32,000 bases of DNA from Xylanibacter ruminicola 23 (GCF_000025925.1 NC_014033.1:3000001-3032000); one strand, 5' to 3'; shown: positions 9,107 to 17,772, numbered from the stretch's first letter. Notes: generated by a model not told the origin, from the letters alone. Made by a program: numbers and translations.

Positions 9107-10921
9107 ATGCTTATGCAGACGAAAAGTCATTTATCGCGATTAATTCATGACCAGGCCAAGAAGTATGGCGACCGTGAGGTTTTAATCTACAAGGACTTTG
9201 GCGGGTCAGTGTGGAAATCATATTCGTGGAATCAGTTCTCGGATATGGTCAAGAAAGTATCTAATGCCTTACTCAATCTGGGTGTAAAGGTACAGGAAAA
9301 TCTGGGAATCTTCTCTCAGAACTCTGTACAGTATCTGTTCTGCGACTTTGGAGCATGGGGAGTACGCGCCGTAACCATCCCATTCTATGCTACCAGCTCA
9401 GAGCAGCAGATCCAGTTTATGATTAGCGATGCTAAAATCAGATTCCTCTTTGTAGGCGAACAGGAGCAGTACGACAAGGCTCGTCGGATTTTCGCTACCT
9501 GTCCTACACTCGAGCGTATCATTGTATTCGATAAGAACGTACATATCTCGTCACTCGACCTCAGCTCGATGTATTTCGATGATTTCCTGAAGTTAGGCGA
9601 GAATTATCCCCGTCAGACCGAAGTTGAGTCGCTTCAGGCTCAGGCTTCGATGGACGATATTGCCAACATCCTTTATACCAGCGGAACAACTGGCGATTCT
9701 AAGGGTGTTATCCTTACCTGCGGTCAGTATAATGCCGCAATGATAGCCAACGATAAGTGTGTACCCGTAGGCGAGAACGACAGAGTTCTTAACTTCCTGC
9801 CATTCACCCACATCTTTGAGAAGGGTTGGAAGATTCTGTGCCTTACCGAGGGCGCCACACTCATTGTAAACACCTATCCACAAGAGGTGCAGCAGTCGAT
9901 GAAGGAGACACACCCCACCTGTATGAGTTCCGTTCCCCGTTTCTGGGAGAAGGTATATATGGGTGTTCAGGAGCAGATTGAGAAATCGGGTATGGCCAAG
10001 CGCAAACTGTTCCGCCACGCCGAAGCTGTAGGTAAGAAACACAACATCGATTACATTTCAAAAGGCAAGCGCCCACCATTGCTCCTGCACATGGAGTACG
10101 AGTTCCTGAATAAAACCGTATTCTCGCTGGTACGTAAGGAGCTGGGCTTAGAGAATGCCCATTTCTTCCCAACAGCAGGTGCTACCGTTAATCCTAAGGT
10201 CGAGGAGTTTGTCCACTCTATCGGCATTAACATGATTGTTGGTTACGGTTTGACTGAGAGTCTGGCCACCGTTAGCTGCAATCACCTTGGCAAGCCTTAC
10301 ACCGTTGGTGGTGTTGGTATCCCCATCGAGGGTATCGATATCAAGATCAGCGAAGAGGGCGAGGTACTGCTGAAAGGCCCAACTATCACTCGAGGCTACT
10401 ATAACCGCGAGGATCTTACCAAGACCGCCTTTACCGAGGATGGTTACTTTAAGACAGGCGACTCAGGTTATCTGAAGGATGGCGAGCTGTTCCTGAAAGA
10501 GCGTATTAAGGACCTCTTCAAGACTTCGAACGGAAAGTATATTGCTCCACAGATGATTGAATCTAAGCTGCTGGTTGATAAGTATATCGATCAGATTGCC
10601 ATCATTGCCGACCAACGCAAGTTTGTTTCGGCTCTGATTATCCCTGTATATTCCCTGTTGGAGGAATATGCCCGCGAGCATAAGATTCCATTCGAGAACA
10701 GAGATCAGCTTTGCAAGGACCCACAGATTAACCAGATGATGAAGGAGCGTATTGATACGCTGCAGCAGTCGCTGGCTCACTACGAGCAGATTAAACGATT
10801 CACCATGCTGCCTAACCACTTCACCATGGAGAAGGGCGAACTTACAAATACATTAAAAATCAAGCGTCGCGTACTGAACGAGAACTACAAGAAGGAGATT
10901 GACGCGATGTACGCAGAATAA
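9107..10921 (+). CDS. Long-chain acyl-CoA synthetase (AMP-forming, FadD-like)
   Basis: AMP-binding signature YTSGTTGDSKGV, GYGLTES, and a C-terminal TLKIKRR motif. An alternative start at 9113 is possible. Confidence 0.85.
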   Translation: MLMQTKSHLSRLIHDQAKKYGDREVLIYKDFGGSVWKSYSWNQFSDMVKKVSNALLNLGVKVQENLGIFSQNSVQYLFCDFGAWGVRAVTIPFYATSSEQQIQFMISDAKIRFLFVGEQEQYDKARRIFATCPTLERIIVFDKNVHISSLDLSSMYFDDFLKLGENYPRQTEVESLQAQASMDDIANILYTSGTTGDSKGVILTCGQYNAAMIANDKCVPVGENDRVLNFLPFTHIFEKGWKILCLTEGATLIVNTYPQEVQQSMKETHPTCMSSVPRFWEKVYMGVQEQIEKSGMAKRKLFRHAEAVGKKHNIDYISKGKRPPLLLHMEYEFLNKTVFSLVRKELGLENAHFFPTAGATVNPKVEEFVHSIGINMIVGYGLTESLATVSCNHLGKPYTVGGVGIPIEGIDIKISEEGEVLLKGPTITRGYYNREDLTKTAFTEDGYFKTGDSGYLKDGELFLKERIKDLFKTSNGKYIAPQMIESKLLVDKYIDQIAIIADQRKFVSALIIPVYSLLEEYAREHKIPFENRDQLCKDPQINQMMKERIDTLQQSLAHYEQIKRFTMLPNHFTMEKGELTNTLKIKRRVLNENYKKEIDAMYAE

Positions 10922-10926
10922 GATAT

Positions 10927-12051
10927 ATGATTACTCAGGATCAGCTTAAAGACGTTTTAGAGAGAGCCGATGCGCTGCATCGCTATCTGGAGATAGACAA
11001 GAAGAAGATAGAATACGAGGAGGAAGATCTTCGTACGCAGGCTCCTGACTTCTGGGAGGACCGCAAGCGTGCCGAAGAGCAGATGAAGAAGGTTAAAGGC
11101 ATCAAGAAGTGGCTGGATGGCTATAAAGAGGTTCGCACCTTGGCCGATGAGCTGCAGCTGGCCTTCGACTTCTTCAAGGACGAGATGGTGACCGAAGAGG
11201 AGGTGGAAGACACCTATGCTAAAGCCATCAAGGCCATCGAGGATCTGGAGCTGAAGAACATGCTCCGCCAGAAAGAAGACCCTATGGAAGCTGTGCTTAA
11301 GATTAACAGCGGCGCTGGTGGTACCGAGGCTCAGGACTGGGCCTCAATGTTGATGCGAATGTATATGCGTTGGGCCGAGGCTCACGGCTATAAGGTAACC
11401 ATCTCGAACCTGCTTGACGGTGATGAGGCTGGTATTAAGAGTGTAACCATGCAGCTCGAAGGCGGCGATTATGCTTACGGCTATCTGAAGAGCGAGAACG
11501 GTGTTCACCGCTTGGTACGTGTATCGCCATTCAACGCTCAGGGTAAGCGTATGACCTCGTTTGCGTCTGTCTTTGTATCACCTCTGGTTGATGATACCAT
11601 CGAGGTATATGTAGATCCAGCCAAGCTCTCTTGGGATACTTTCCGCAGTAGTGGTGCTGGTGGTCAGAACGTAAACAAGGTTGAATCAGGTGTACGCTTG
11701 CGCTATTGGTATACCGATCCTGATACAGGCGAGGAAGAAGAAATCCTCATTGAGAACACTGAAACCCGCGACCAGCCAAAGAACAAGGAGCGCGCAATGA
11801 CGCTGCTTAAGTCGCAACTCTACGATCGCGCCATGAAGAAGCGTTTGGAGGCTCAGGCAAAAATCGAGGCTGGCAAGAAGAAGATAGAGTGGGGTAGTCA
11901 GATACGTAGCTACGTGTTCGACGACCGCCGCGTAAAAGATCATCGTACCAACTATCAGACCACCGATGTGGATGGTGTGATGGACGGAAAGATCGATGAT
12001 TTCATCAAGGCCTACCTGATGGAATTCCCTGTTAACGACGACGAACAATAA
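10927..12051 (+). CDS. prfB: Peptide chain release factor 2, encoded as a single uninterrupted ORF
   Basis: RF2-specific SPF motif (VSPFNAQGKR), GGQ motif (SSGAGGQNVNKVES) and the C-terminal WGSQIRSYVFDD. Confidence 0.93.
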   Translation: MITQDQLKDVLERADALHRYLEIDKKKIEYEEEDLRTQAPDFWEDRKRAEEQMKKVKGIKKWLDGYKEVRTLADELQLAFDFFKDEMVTEEEVEDTYAKAIKAIEDLELKNMLRQKEDPMEAVLKINSGAGGTEAQDWASMLMRMYMRWAEAHGYKVTISNLLDGDEAGIKSVTMQLEGGDYAYGYLKSENGVHRLVRVSPFNAQGKRMTSFASVFVSPLVDDTIEVYVDPAKLSWDTFRSSGAGGQNVNKVESGVRLRYWYTDPDTGEEEEILIENTETRDQPKNKERAMTLLKSQLYDRAMKKRLEAQAKIEAGKKKIEWGSQIRSYVFDDRRVKDHRTNYQTTDVDGVMDGKIDDFIKAYLMEFPVNDDEQ

Positions 12052-12079
12052 CGAATAACAAATAAAAATCATTAAAACT

Positions 12080-12238
12080 ATGGCTCAAATTGCAAAATCA
12101 TCAAAGTCTACCCAGAAGAAGGAGGCTTATCAGAAGAAACAAGAAGAAGGTGGCAAGAAAGTGCTGGAGTACATCTTCGGCGCATTACTTATTCTTGCAG
12201 TACTGTTTGTAGTATACTCTATTTTCATTGTATCGTAA
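12080..12238 (+). CDS. Small (52 aa) putative membrane protein with a single C-terminal transmembrane segment; below the ORF-track length cutoff
   Basis: My own translation gives MAQIAKSSKSTQKKEAYQKKQEEGGKKVLEYIFGALLILAVLFVVYSIFIVS. It has a Lys-rich N-terminus and one C-terminal TM helix. There is an A-rich region upstream of the ATG. Its TAA stop is immediately followed by the ATG of the CYTH gene (TAAATG). Confidence 0.45.
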   Translation: MAQIAKSSKSTQKKEAYQKKQEEGGKKVLEYIFGALLILAVLFVVYSIFIVS

Positions 12239-12727
12239 ATGAGCGGACTGGAAATAGAACGCAAATTTCTTGTAAAAAACAACGACTACAAGCGACAGGC
12301 TACCAGTAGCAGTCGCATTTGTCAAGGTTATATCTGCAGCGATCGCGGACGTACCGTCAGGGTACGTATCCGTGATAGCCGCGGATATTTAACTATTAAA
12401 GGTCCTTCGAACAACAATGGCCTTGCTCGCTATGAATTCGAAAAGGAGATTTCGCTCGACGAAGCCCAGCATCTGATGGACATCTGCGAGCCAGGCAAGA
12501 TAGACAAGACACGCTATCTGGTGCCTTGCGGTAAGCATACCTTCGAGGTAGACGAGTTCTATGGTGAGAACGAAGGTTTAGTGATGGCCGAGGTAGAACT
12601 TGGTGCTGAGGACGAAACCTTTGAGAAGCCAGATTTCATCGGCAAGGAAGTAACAGGCGATCGCAGATACTACAATTCTTGTCTGCTTAAGAAGCCCTTT
12701 ACTTCTTGGGACGAAAATACCAAATAA
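12239..12727 (+). CDS. CYTH-domain protein (CyaB-like/triphosphate tunnel metalloenzyme)
   Basis: The N-terminal EIERKFLV motif is characteristic of CYTH. The size (162 aa) and charged beta-strand pattern (VRVRI, YLTIKG, EFE, EVEL) also fit. Confidence 0.85.
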   Translation: MSGLEIERKFLVKNNDYKRQATSSSRICQGYICSDRGRTVRVRIRDSRGYLTIKGPSNNNGLARYEFEKEISLDEAQHLMDICEPGKIDKTRYLVPCGKHTFEVDEFYGENEGLVMAEVELGAEDETFEKPDFIGKEVTGDRRYYNSCLLKKPFTSWDENTK

Positions 12728-13106
12728 GCGCCCCGATAACAACTGCCGAAGTAACACCAGTAGCATTAGCCGCCAAATCAAGCCAATCGCCACTGCGATG
12801 CCCAAACGTACAGTATTCCTGTAACAGCTCCAACACACCACTCATAACGATTGGTGCCAGCCAAGCCCAAAAGAACAGCTTCTCGTAATCTGCCTGCTTA
12901 TGCTTGCAGGTATACTCTATCCATACTACGATGAACGTACAACCATACATCAGGATATGCACCCATTTATCGGCAAACTCCACATTGTCGAGTGGTGTCT
13001 CTGGAAAAAAGGGCACCAATGAAAGAATCCATATCATTGCGATACAGACCATTGAAAAAGGGTACTTTCTTAAGAAATGAAACAAAAAACTCATATTTAC
13101 TTGCAA
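12699..13106 (-). CDS. VanZ-like family membrane protein
   Basis: Four TM segments with the VanZ-type motifs DKWVH and ELLQE...R.GDWLDLAANATG. The start is uncertain (13106, 13094 or 13052). The 3' end overlaps the CYTH gene by 29 nt (convergent). Confidence 0.7.
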   Translation of the reverse strand: MQVNMSFLFHFLRKYPFSMVCIAMIWILSLVPFFPETPLDNVEFADKWVHILMYGCTFIVVWIEYTCKHKQADYEKLFFWAWLAPIVMSGVLELLQEYCTFGHRSGDWLDLAANATGVTSAVVIGALIWYFRPKK

Positions 13107-13114
13107 TTTAGGTG

Positions 13115-13122
13115 CAAAATTA
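13115..13122 (-). promoter_or_regulatory. -7 promoter box (TAATTTTG on the minus strand) for the VanZ-like gene
   Basis: The reverse complement of caaaatta matches TAnnTTTG. It is only 9 nt from the ATG at 13106, so either a near-leaderless mRNA or a downstream start is used. Confidence 0.35.
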
Positions 13123-13134
13123 AGAAATTATTTA

Positions 13135-13142
13135 TACTTTTG
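13135..13142 (+). promoter_or_regulatory. -7 promoter box TACTTTTG for the SNF transporter pair
   Basis: TAnnTTTG match 25 nt upstream of the ATG at 13167. Confidence 0.45.
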
Positions 13143-13166
13143 CAATCAAAATTTAAAAAAGTTGAT

Positions 13167-14531
13167 ATGACAAAACTTGAAAGGGCAAGTTTCGGTAGTA
13201 AATTAGGTGTAATTCTGGCCACAGCAGGTTCGGCTGTTGGCTTAGGCAATATATGGCGCTTTCCGTATATGACAGGACAGAATGGTGGCGCCGTTTTCAT
13301 TATTATCTATGTGTTCTGTATCCTGTTGTTGGGCATTCCATGTATGATAAGCGAGTTTATTATTGGTCGTCATGGTCAGGCAAACACAGCTCGCGCATTC
13401 CGTATCATGTCGGGCGATACCATCTGGTCGCTCATTGGCTATATGGGGGTGCTTACAGGTTTTCTTATCTCAGGCTATTATGCTGTGGTATCCGGCTGGT
13501 GCCTCGAGTACGTATGGGCCTCGCTTTCAGGCAAACTCTTAGGCAATCCCGACTATATCCAATCGTACTTCGTCACGTTCTCTCAGGATCCTATCAAGCC
13601 TGTATTCTGGACGTTTATCATTCTGCTGGGCACCTATATTATTATTGAGAATGGTGTACGCAACGGTATTGAGAAGGCATCAAAGCTTATGATGCCCATA
13701 TTGTTTATACTGTTGCTCATCATTGTTGTAGCATCGTGCATGCTGCCAAATGCCGAAAAGGGTATCGAGTTCTTATTTAAGCCCGATATTTCGAAACTAA
13801 ACAGCGATGTATTCCTAGCAGCCTTAGGCCAGTCGTTCTACTCGCTGAGTATTGCAATGGGATGTATCTGCACCTATGCCAGCTACTATTCTAAGCAAAC
13901 CAATCTCACGGCTTCGGCTGTAAATATCAGTATCATCGATTTCCTGGTAGCCCTGCTGGCCGGACTGATTATCTTCCCTGCAGCCTTCTCAGTAGGAGTT
14001 AATCCCGATAGTGGTCCTTCGCTCATATTTATCACGTTGCCTAACGTATTCCACCAGGCATTTGGAAATATTGCAAGTTTAGGATACATTATTTCAGTAC
14101 TGTTTTATACCTTACTCTCGATGGCAGCACTTACATCACTCATGTCGTTGCACGAAGTAAGCACAGCATTCCTTGAGGAGGAGCTTGGCACCACCCGCAA
14201 ACGTGCGGCTATGTTTGTAACAATCGGCAGCATTCTGGTTGGTACCGTCTGCTCATTGTCGCTCGGTCCTTGGCAGGACTTTAAATTGTTCGACATGACC
14301 ATCTTCGACCTCTTCGACTTTGTAACTGGTCAGTTGTTCCTGCCTATCGTGGGCTTCCTTACCTGTATCTTTATCGGCTGGTATGTGCCACATAAGATAG
14401 TACGCGATGAGTTTACCAATATGGGCACCTTGCGCAATGAACATCTGTTTCATAGCTACATCTTCCTTGTAAAGTATGTGTGTCCTATCTGCATACTGTT
14501 TATATTCCTTCACCAATTCGGACTATTGTAA
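13167..14531 (+). CDS. Sodium-dependent transporter, neurotransmitter:sodium symporter (SNF) family, copy 1
   Basis: NSS signature GSAVGLGNIWRFPYMTGQNGGAVF with about 11-12 TM segments. I place the start at the internal Met (MTKLERASFGSKLG) because the track's longer ORF from 13077 runs through the promoter box. Confidence 0.9.
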   Translation: MTKLERASFGSKLGVILATAGSAVGLGNIWRFPYMTGQNGGAVFIIIYVFCILLLGIPCMISEFIIGRHGQANTARAFRIMSGDTIWSLIGYMGVLTGFLISGYYAVVSGWCLEYVWASLSGKLLGNPDYIQSYFVTFSQDPIKPVFWTFIILLGTYIIIENGVRNGIEKASKLMMPILFILLLIIVVASCMLPNAEKGIEFLFKPDISKLNSDVFLAALGQSFYSLSIAMGCICTYASYYSKQTNLTASAVNISIIDFLVALLAGLIIFPAAFSVGVNPDSGPSLIFITLPNVFHQAFGNIASLGYIISVLFYTLLSMAALTSLMSLHEVSTAFLEEELGTTRKRAAMFVTIGSILVGTVCSLSLGPWQDFKLFDMTIFDLFDFVTGQLFLPIVGFLTCIFIGWYVPHKIVRDEFTNMGTLRNEHLFHSYIFLVKYVCPICILFIFLHQFGLL

Positions 14532-15884
14532 ATGGAGAACAGAGGTACATTTGGCAGCAAACTGGCCATTATCCTGACTACAGCAGGATCGGCCGTAGGA
14601 TTAGGAAACATCTGGCGCTTTCCATTCATGACGGGTCAGAATGGCGGTGCCGCTTTCATACTTATCTACCTGGGATGTGTGCTGATATTAGGCATTCCAG
14701 GTATGATTAGCGAATTTGTAGTTGGCCGTTACTCACAATCCAACGCTGCCAGAGCTTATGGCAACGTAGGATTCAAGCGCGCCAAGTATATTGGCTACTT
14801 GGGCATTCTTACATCTACCATTATCCTTGGCTTCTATGCCGTTGTGGCCGGTTGGTGCTTGCAATACCTGTATGCCTCGATAACTGGTAAGCTGATTGGT
14901 GATACCAGCTACATCATCGAATACTTTAAAAACTTTTCGAGCGACCCCATCCGTCCCTGCTTGTGGGGTGTTGGCTTTGTACTGATTACACACTATGTAG
15001 TGGCCAAAGGCGTAAACGATGGTATAGAACGAGCATCCAAGTTGCTCATGCCGCTTTTGCTCATACTGCTGGTTATCATTGTTATTGCATCGTGCCTGCT
15101 TCCAGGTGCTTCAAAAGGTATAGAATTCCTGCTCAAGCCAGATTTCTCGAAAGTAAGCAGCAATGTATTCCTCGAGGCTTTAGGCCAGGCTTTCTTCTCG
15201 TTAAGCTTGGGTACCGCTTGTTTGTGTACTTACGCTTCGTATTTTAAAAAAGATACCAACCTTGTTAAATCAGCTACTCAGATAGCCTTACTCGACTCGA
15301 TGATAGCCATCTTAGCAGGTTTGATGATATTCCCAGCCGCCTTCTCGGTTGGCGTACAGCCCGATAGCGGTCCATCGCTCATATTCATTACACTGCCTAA
15401 TGTGTTCCGTCAGGCGTTTGTAGGCATGCCTATCATTGGATTCGTTATCGCCATCCTGTTTTATGCCCTGCTGGTGTTTGCAGCCTTAACATCTACCATC
15501 TCTATGCACGAGATTGGTACAGCATTCTTCCACGAAGAGTTGCATCTGCCAAGAAACAAGGCCGCATGGATACTGACTACCGTTTGTGGACTGATAACCA
15601 TATTCTGCTCGCTATCCGTAGGAGCCTACAGTCAGATACAGGTATTCGGTATGTCGCTGATGGACTTCTGCGACTCGCTTACAGCGCAAATCATGCTACC
15701 CACTGGCGCCTTCTTTACCAGCATACTTATCGGATGGTTTGTTGAGCGCAAACTGGTACTCAATGAGTTTACAAACAACGGTTCGCTAAAGGCCACCTTT
15801 TTTAGCGCCTATCTGTTCTCTGTTAAGTTCATTGTTCCTCTCTGTATCCTATTAATATTCCTGCATCAGTTCCATATTATATGA
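14532..15884 (+). CDS. Sodium-dependent transporter, SNF family, copy 2 (tandem paralog)
   Basis: GSAVGLGNIWRFPFMTGQNGGAAF. It is collinear with copy 1 over its whole length. The ATG directly follows the stop of copy 1 (TAAATG). Confidence 0.9.
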   Translation: MENRGTFGSKLAIILTTAGSAVGLGNIWRFPFMTGQNGGAAFILIYLGCVLILGIPGMISEFVVGRYSQSNAARAYGNVGFKRAKYIGYLGILTSTIILGFYAVVAGWCLQYLYASITGKLIGDTSYIIEYFKNFSSDPIRPCLWGVGFVLITHYVVAKGVNDGIERASKLLMPLLLILLVIIVIASCLLPGASKGIEFLLKPDFSKVSSNVFLEALGQAFFSLSLGTACLCTYASYFKKDTNLVKSATQIALLDSMIAILAGLMIFPAAFSVGVQPDSGPSLIFITLPNVFRQAFVGMPIIGFVIAILFYALLVFAALTSTISMHEIGTAFFHEELHLPRNKAAWILTTVCGLITIFCSLSVGAYSQIQVFGMSLMDFCDSLTAQIMLPTGAFFTSILIGWFVERKLVLNEFTNNGSLKATFFSAYLFSVKFIVPLCILLIFLHQFHII

Positions 15885-16765
15885 TACGCGAATTCTTTTA
15901 TCTGCAAAAGTCCGACCGTAAAGTTATACTCTCGCTGTTAGTAGTCATCGTATCGGTATTCACCATGATATGTCTGACTGGTGGAAATGATACATCGACA
16001 ACCACCACACAAAAGAATTCGCCCCGTTCAGCTGCCCGCAAAAACCATTACTATGCCAGCAGCCCTAAGAAGGTAGAACGATTCGTCTTCGACCCTAATA
16101 CAGCTGATAGCACCCAACTGCTGCGTTTAGGATTGCAACCTTGGCAGGTTCGCAACATTTATAAATACCGTGCTGCTGGTGGCATTTATCGCCAACCTAT
16201 CGATTTTGCCAAGCTTTATGGACTAACCGTTAAGCAATATCGCGAACTGGAGCCTTACATCCGCATCTCCAGCGATTACCTGCCAGCATCTACGCTGGTA
16301 AAAGAACGGGCAAGCTATAGTCCGAAAGCAACCAAGGATACAGTAGTTGTCTATCAGCGCCCCACGAAGATAAAGGCTACAGAACATATAGTGCTGAATA
16401 CTGCCGATAGCACAGCGCTGACAACCATTCCTGGTATCGGTCCTTACTACGCTCGCCGAATTATACAATACGGCAATAGGTTAGGAGGTTACGTGAGTGT
16501 AGAACAACTCGATGAAATCGACGATTTCCCGACAGAAGCCAAGCAATATCTGGTGATAAACAACCCTGCACCTAAGAAACTGAACATCAACCAATTATCG
16601 CTTAACGAATTAAGACGCCATCCATACATCAACTTTTATATGGCTAAAGCCATCACCGATTATCGCCGTCTGCATGGCACCATCACATCACTAAACGAAC
16701 TACGACTTATTAAAGACTTTACACCCGAAGTTATTAAGCGCCTTACGCCCTATGTTGCGTACTGA
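15881..16765 (+). CDS. ComEA-like helix-hairpin-helix DNA-binding protein, membrane anchored, with three HhH modules
   Basis: N-terminal TM segment (VILSLLVVIVSVFTMICL). Three repeats of the ComEA-type module are present: FDPNTADSTQLLRLGL..., LNTADSTALTTIPGIGPYYARRII... and LNINQLSLNELRRHPYINFYMAKAI.... The ATGA start overlaps the upstream stop. Confidence 0.75.
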   Translation: MIREFFYLQKSDRKVILSLLVVIVSVFTMICLTGGNDTSTTTTQKNSPRSAARKNHYYASSPKKVERFVFDPNTADSTQLLRLGLQPWQVRNIYKYRAAGGIYRQPIDFAKLYGLTVKQYRELEPYIRISSDYLPASTLVKERASYSPKATKDTVVVYQRPTKIKATEHIVLNTADSTALTTIPGIGPYYARRIIQYGNRLGGYVSVEQLDEIDDFPTEAKQYLVINNPAPKKLNINQLSLNELRRHPYINFYMAKAITDYRRLHGTITSLNELRLIKDFTPEVIKRLTPYVAY

Positions 16766-16812
16766 TATGTTAATAAATCATAGCGAATGATAGCTGATTC
16801 GTGGAAAAGTTG

Positions 16813-16820
16813 TATATTTG
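16813..16820 (+). promoter_or_regulatory. -7 promoter box TATATTTG upstream of tatA
   Basis: TAnnTTTG match 28 nt upstream of the ATG at 16848. Confidence 0.45.
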
Positions 16821-16847
16821 CAAAATAAACTAAAAAACTTTTGAAAG

Positions 16848-17033
16848 ATGTTTGGATTAGGATTCCAGGAAATACTGGTTATTGCACTGATAGTATTGCT
16901 GTTCTTTGGCGGCAAGAAGATTCCTGAACTGATGCGTGGCCTGGGTAAAGGCGTAAAAAGCTTCAAGGAGGGAATGAACGAGGTTACAGACTTGAAAGAA
17001 GAGGTAGAAAAGGACGAGAAGAAGGATGCGTGA
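16848..17033 (+). CDS. tatA: Twin-arginine translocase subunit TatA/E
   Basis: 61 aa. MFGLGFQEILVIALIVLLFFGGKKIPELMRGLGKGVKSFKEG is the canonical TatA TM helix, hinge and amphipathic helix. Confidence 0.88.
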   Translation: MFGLGFQEILVIALIVLLFFGGKKIPELMRGLGKGVKSFKEGMNEVTDLKEEVEKDEKKDA

Positions 17034-17772
17034 TACACCCACAATGACGTTCTGGGATCATCTCGACGAACTGCGTGGGGTGATAGTCAGAGTGTTGGTG
17101 GTAACAGTCATTGGAGCATCAGTTGCCTTCTGCTTAAAGGACGAACTCTTTGCCATCGTACTGGCACCACGCTCCAGCGATTTCATCACCTACCAACTAT
17201 TGGGCGTAGAACCATTCTGTGTTCATCTGATGAACATCGGACTTACAGAACAGTTCATGGTTCACCTTAAAACAGCCTTCTATGCAGGCGTTCTGGTGGC
17301 TTCGCCTTATATCATCTACCAACTCTTCCGCTTTGTATCGCCAGCGCTCTATGACAACGAAAGGAAATACGCCACACTGCTCTGCTTTAGCGGCTACCTG
17401 ATGTTTATGCTGGGCACAGCACTCAACTATCTGCTGATATTCCCGCTTACCGTCAAGTTCCTTGGCACTTATCAGGTTAGTCCCGATGTAGCAAATATGC
17501 TCACATTGCAATCGTACATGGATACGTTGCTGATGATGAACCTGGTGATGGGTATTGTGTTCGAACTGCCTGTAGTAAGCTGGCTGTTAGGCAAGATGGG
17601 ACTGATTAATGCTGCGATGATGCAGAGCATACGCCGGCATGCTGTAGTAGCAATACTGGTTGTAGCTGCGATTATCACCCCCACTACCGATGCCTTTACG
17701 CTCATTGTGGTAGCATTGCCCATCTGGCTGCTCTACGAACTGAGCATTGTGATAGTAAGAATAACCGAATAG
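17026..17772 (+). CDS. tatC: Twin-arginine translocase subunit TatC
   Basis: TatC N-terminal motif FWDHLDELR followed by six TM segments. The start is either 17026 (8-nt overlap with tatA) or 17044 (MTFWDHLDELR). Confidence 0.88.
   Translation: MRDTPTMTFWDHLDELRGVIVRVLVVTVIGASVAFCLKDELFAIVLAPRSSDFITYQLLGVEPFCVHLMNIGLTEQFMVHLKTAFYAGVLVASPYIIYQLFRFVSPALYDNERKYATLLCFSGYLMFMLGTALNYLLIFPLTVKFLGTYQVSPDVANMLTLQSYMDTLLMMNLVMGIVFELPVVSWLLGKMGLINAAMMQSIRRHAVVAILVVAAIITPTTDAFTLIVVALPIWLLYELSIVIVRITE

Noticed and set aside
13077-13166. The N-terminal 30-codon extension of the first SNF transporter ORF given in the track
   Set aside because: The extension (MKQKTHIYLQFRCKIKKLFILLQSKFKKVD) covers both divergent promoter boxes. 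It is not matched by the paralog, whose N-terminus aligns with MTKLERASFGSKLG. The start was moved to 13167.
14480-14710. Alternative-frame ORFs of 60-130 aa nested in the transporter, receptor and mutS genes (for example 13253..13648, 14963..15247, 23955..24305, 22405..22701)
   Set aside because: All are out-of-frame overlaps of strongly supported genes. They have Arg/Ser/Cys-rich compositions typical of non-coding frames.
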